The notes beneath the pieces are model-generated. The model did no database searches. It was not told where the DNA came from and saw only the letters and a list, made by a program, of their open reading frames with translations. Below are positions 63,336-64,000 of a DNA stretch of 64,000 bases, in pieces. Both the position numbers and the translations under genes were made by a program. Positions within the stretch are counted from its first letter, which is position 1; each line of letters starts with the position of its first letter. Source of the DNA: Octopus vulgaris (Eukaryota); NCBI GenBank assembly GCA_951406725.2, contig OX597818.1:40238001-40302000 (forward strand). Direction: 5' to 3'.

Positions 63336-64000
63336 CAAAGAGAAAACTGTCCCTGTTCCCATTGCAGATGACACGCTCACAGCATTACAAACACGGCTCG
63401 CACACCCACCTTCACATTCCACGACTACCATTGGGATCGATCAGGTACCGGACAAGGATTCTTTTTCCGTTTTTATTTTACTTATTTTTTGAGAGCGGTC
63501 GGATTAATTTTCAGTATTCTCGTTTGTGAGAGCAGTCGAGTTTATTTCAGATATTCTCATTTAAAAAGTTATCTCCGGCTAATCGTTGAGAGGACGTTGG
63601 TGTTGCTTCGGCGGAGGTTTGTACTCTCTGAGTGCCCTTGTTTGATCATGAATCCCATAATTTAACTGACTTGTTATAAACCCCACAGGTATGAAAATCA
63701 AAATCGACTTCGGTGAAGTTTGAAATCAGATCATAAGAAGACGGAAGGGTTCGGAATTATATAAAGTTGCGATTCTTTCCATCCATTGTCGATAATGTGG
63801 GTGGCGGTTAAAAATCTTCGAAACTGTAGAGAAAGAAGCTGGGATATTGGCTAAAGAATAAATCAATGTTAATGAAAGTTTGCCGTTAAGGCTGCAACAG
63901 GAAGTTTAATGTTGGATTGCTACTGGAACAAACTATTGTTCTTTGGTTTTCGCCAGTGTCTCTACAAATATCTTGCTGATGTTTGGTTTGATAATCCTAA

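Overview
AT-rich, microsatellite- and SINE-dense animal DNA; the repeat families resemble those of a cephalopod (Octopus-like), which is an inference. Positions 1-30.3 kb hold the 3' half of a + strand spliced gene. Sixteen GT-AG exons join in frame into the end of a PH domain, RhoGAP (GIYRQSG arginine finger), RA and a C-terminal PH domain, which is the ARAP / RhoGAP15B architecture. One 75-nt exon occurs twice inside a ~1.6-kb tandem duplication. I found no host gene from 30 to 64 kb. That part holds SINEs, Tc1/mariner elements (one with DD36E spacing), piggyBac, Gypsy, CR1/L2-like and R4/Dong-like relics, MITEs and long simple repeats. The most notable unannotated signal is a set of about nine type I hammerhead-ribozyme-like motifs with palindromic stem III, found by eye. 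Two of them lie 355 nt apart in a tandem repeat (9027-9625) that has the layout of a non-LTR retrozyme, antisense within an intron. The others sit in short, mostly (TA)n-flanked or fold-back Penelope-like inserts. All structures and coordinates were read manually and need computational confirmation.
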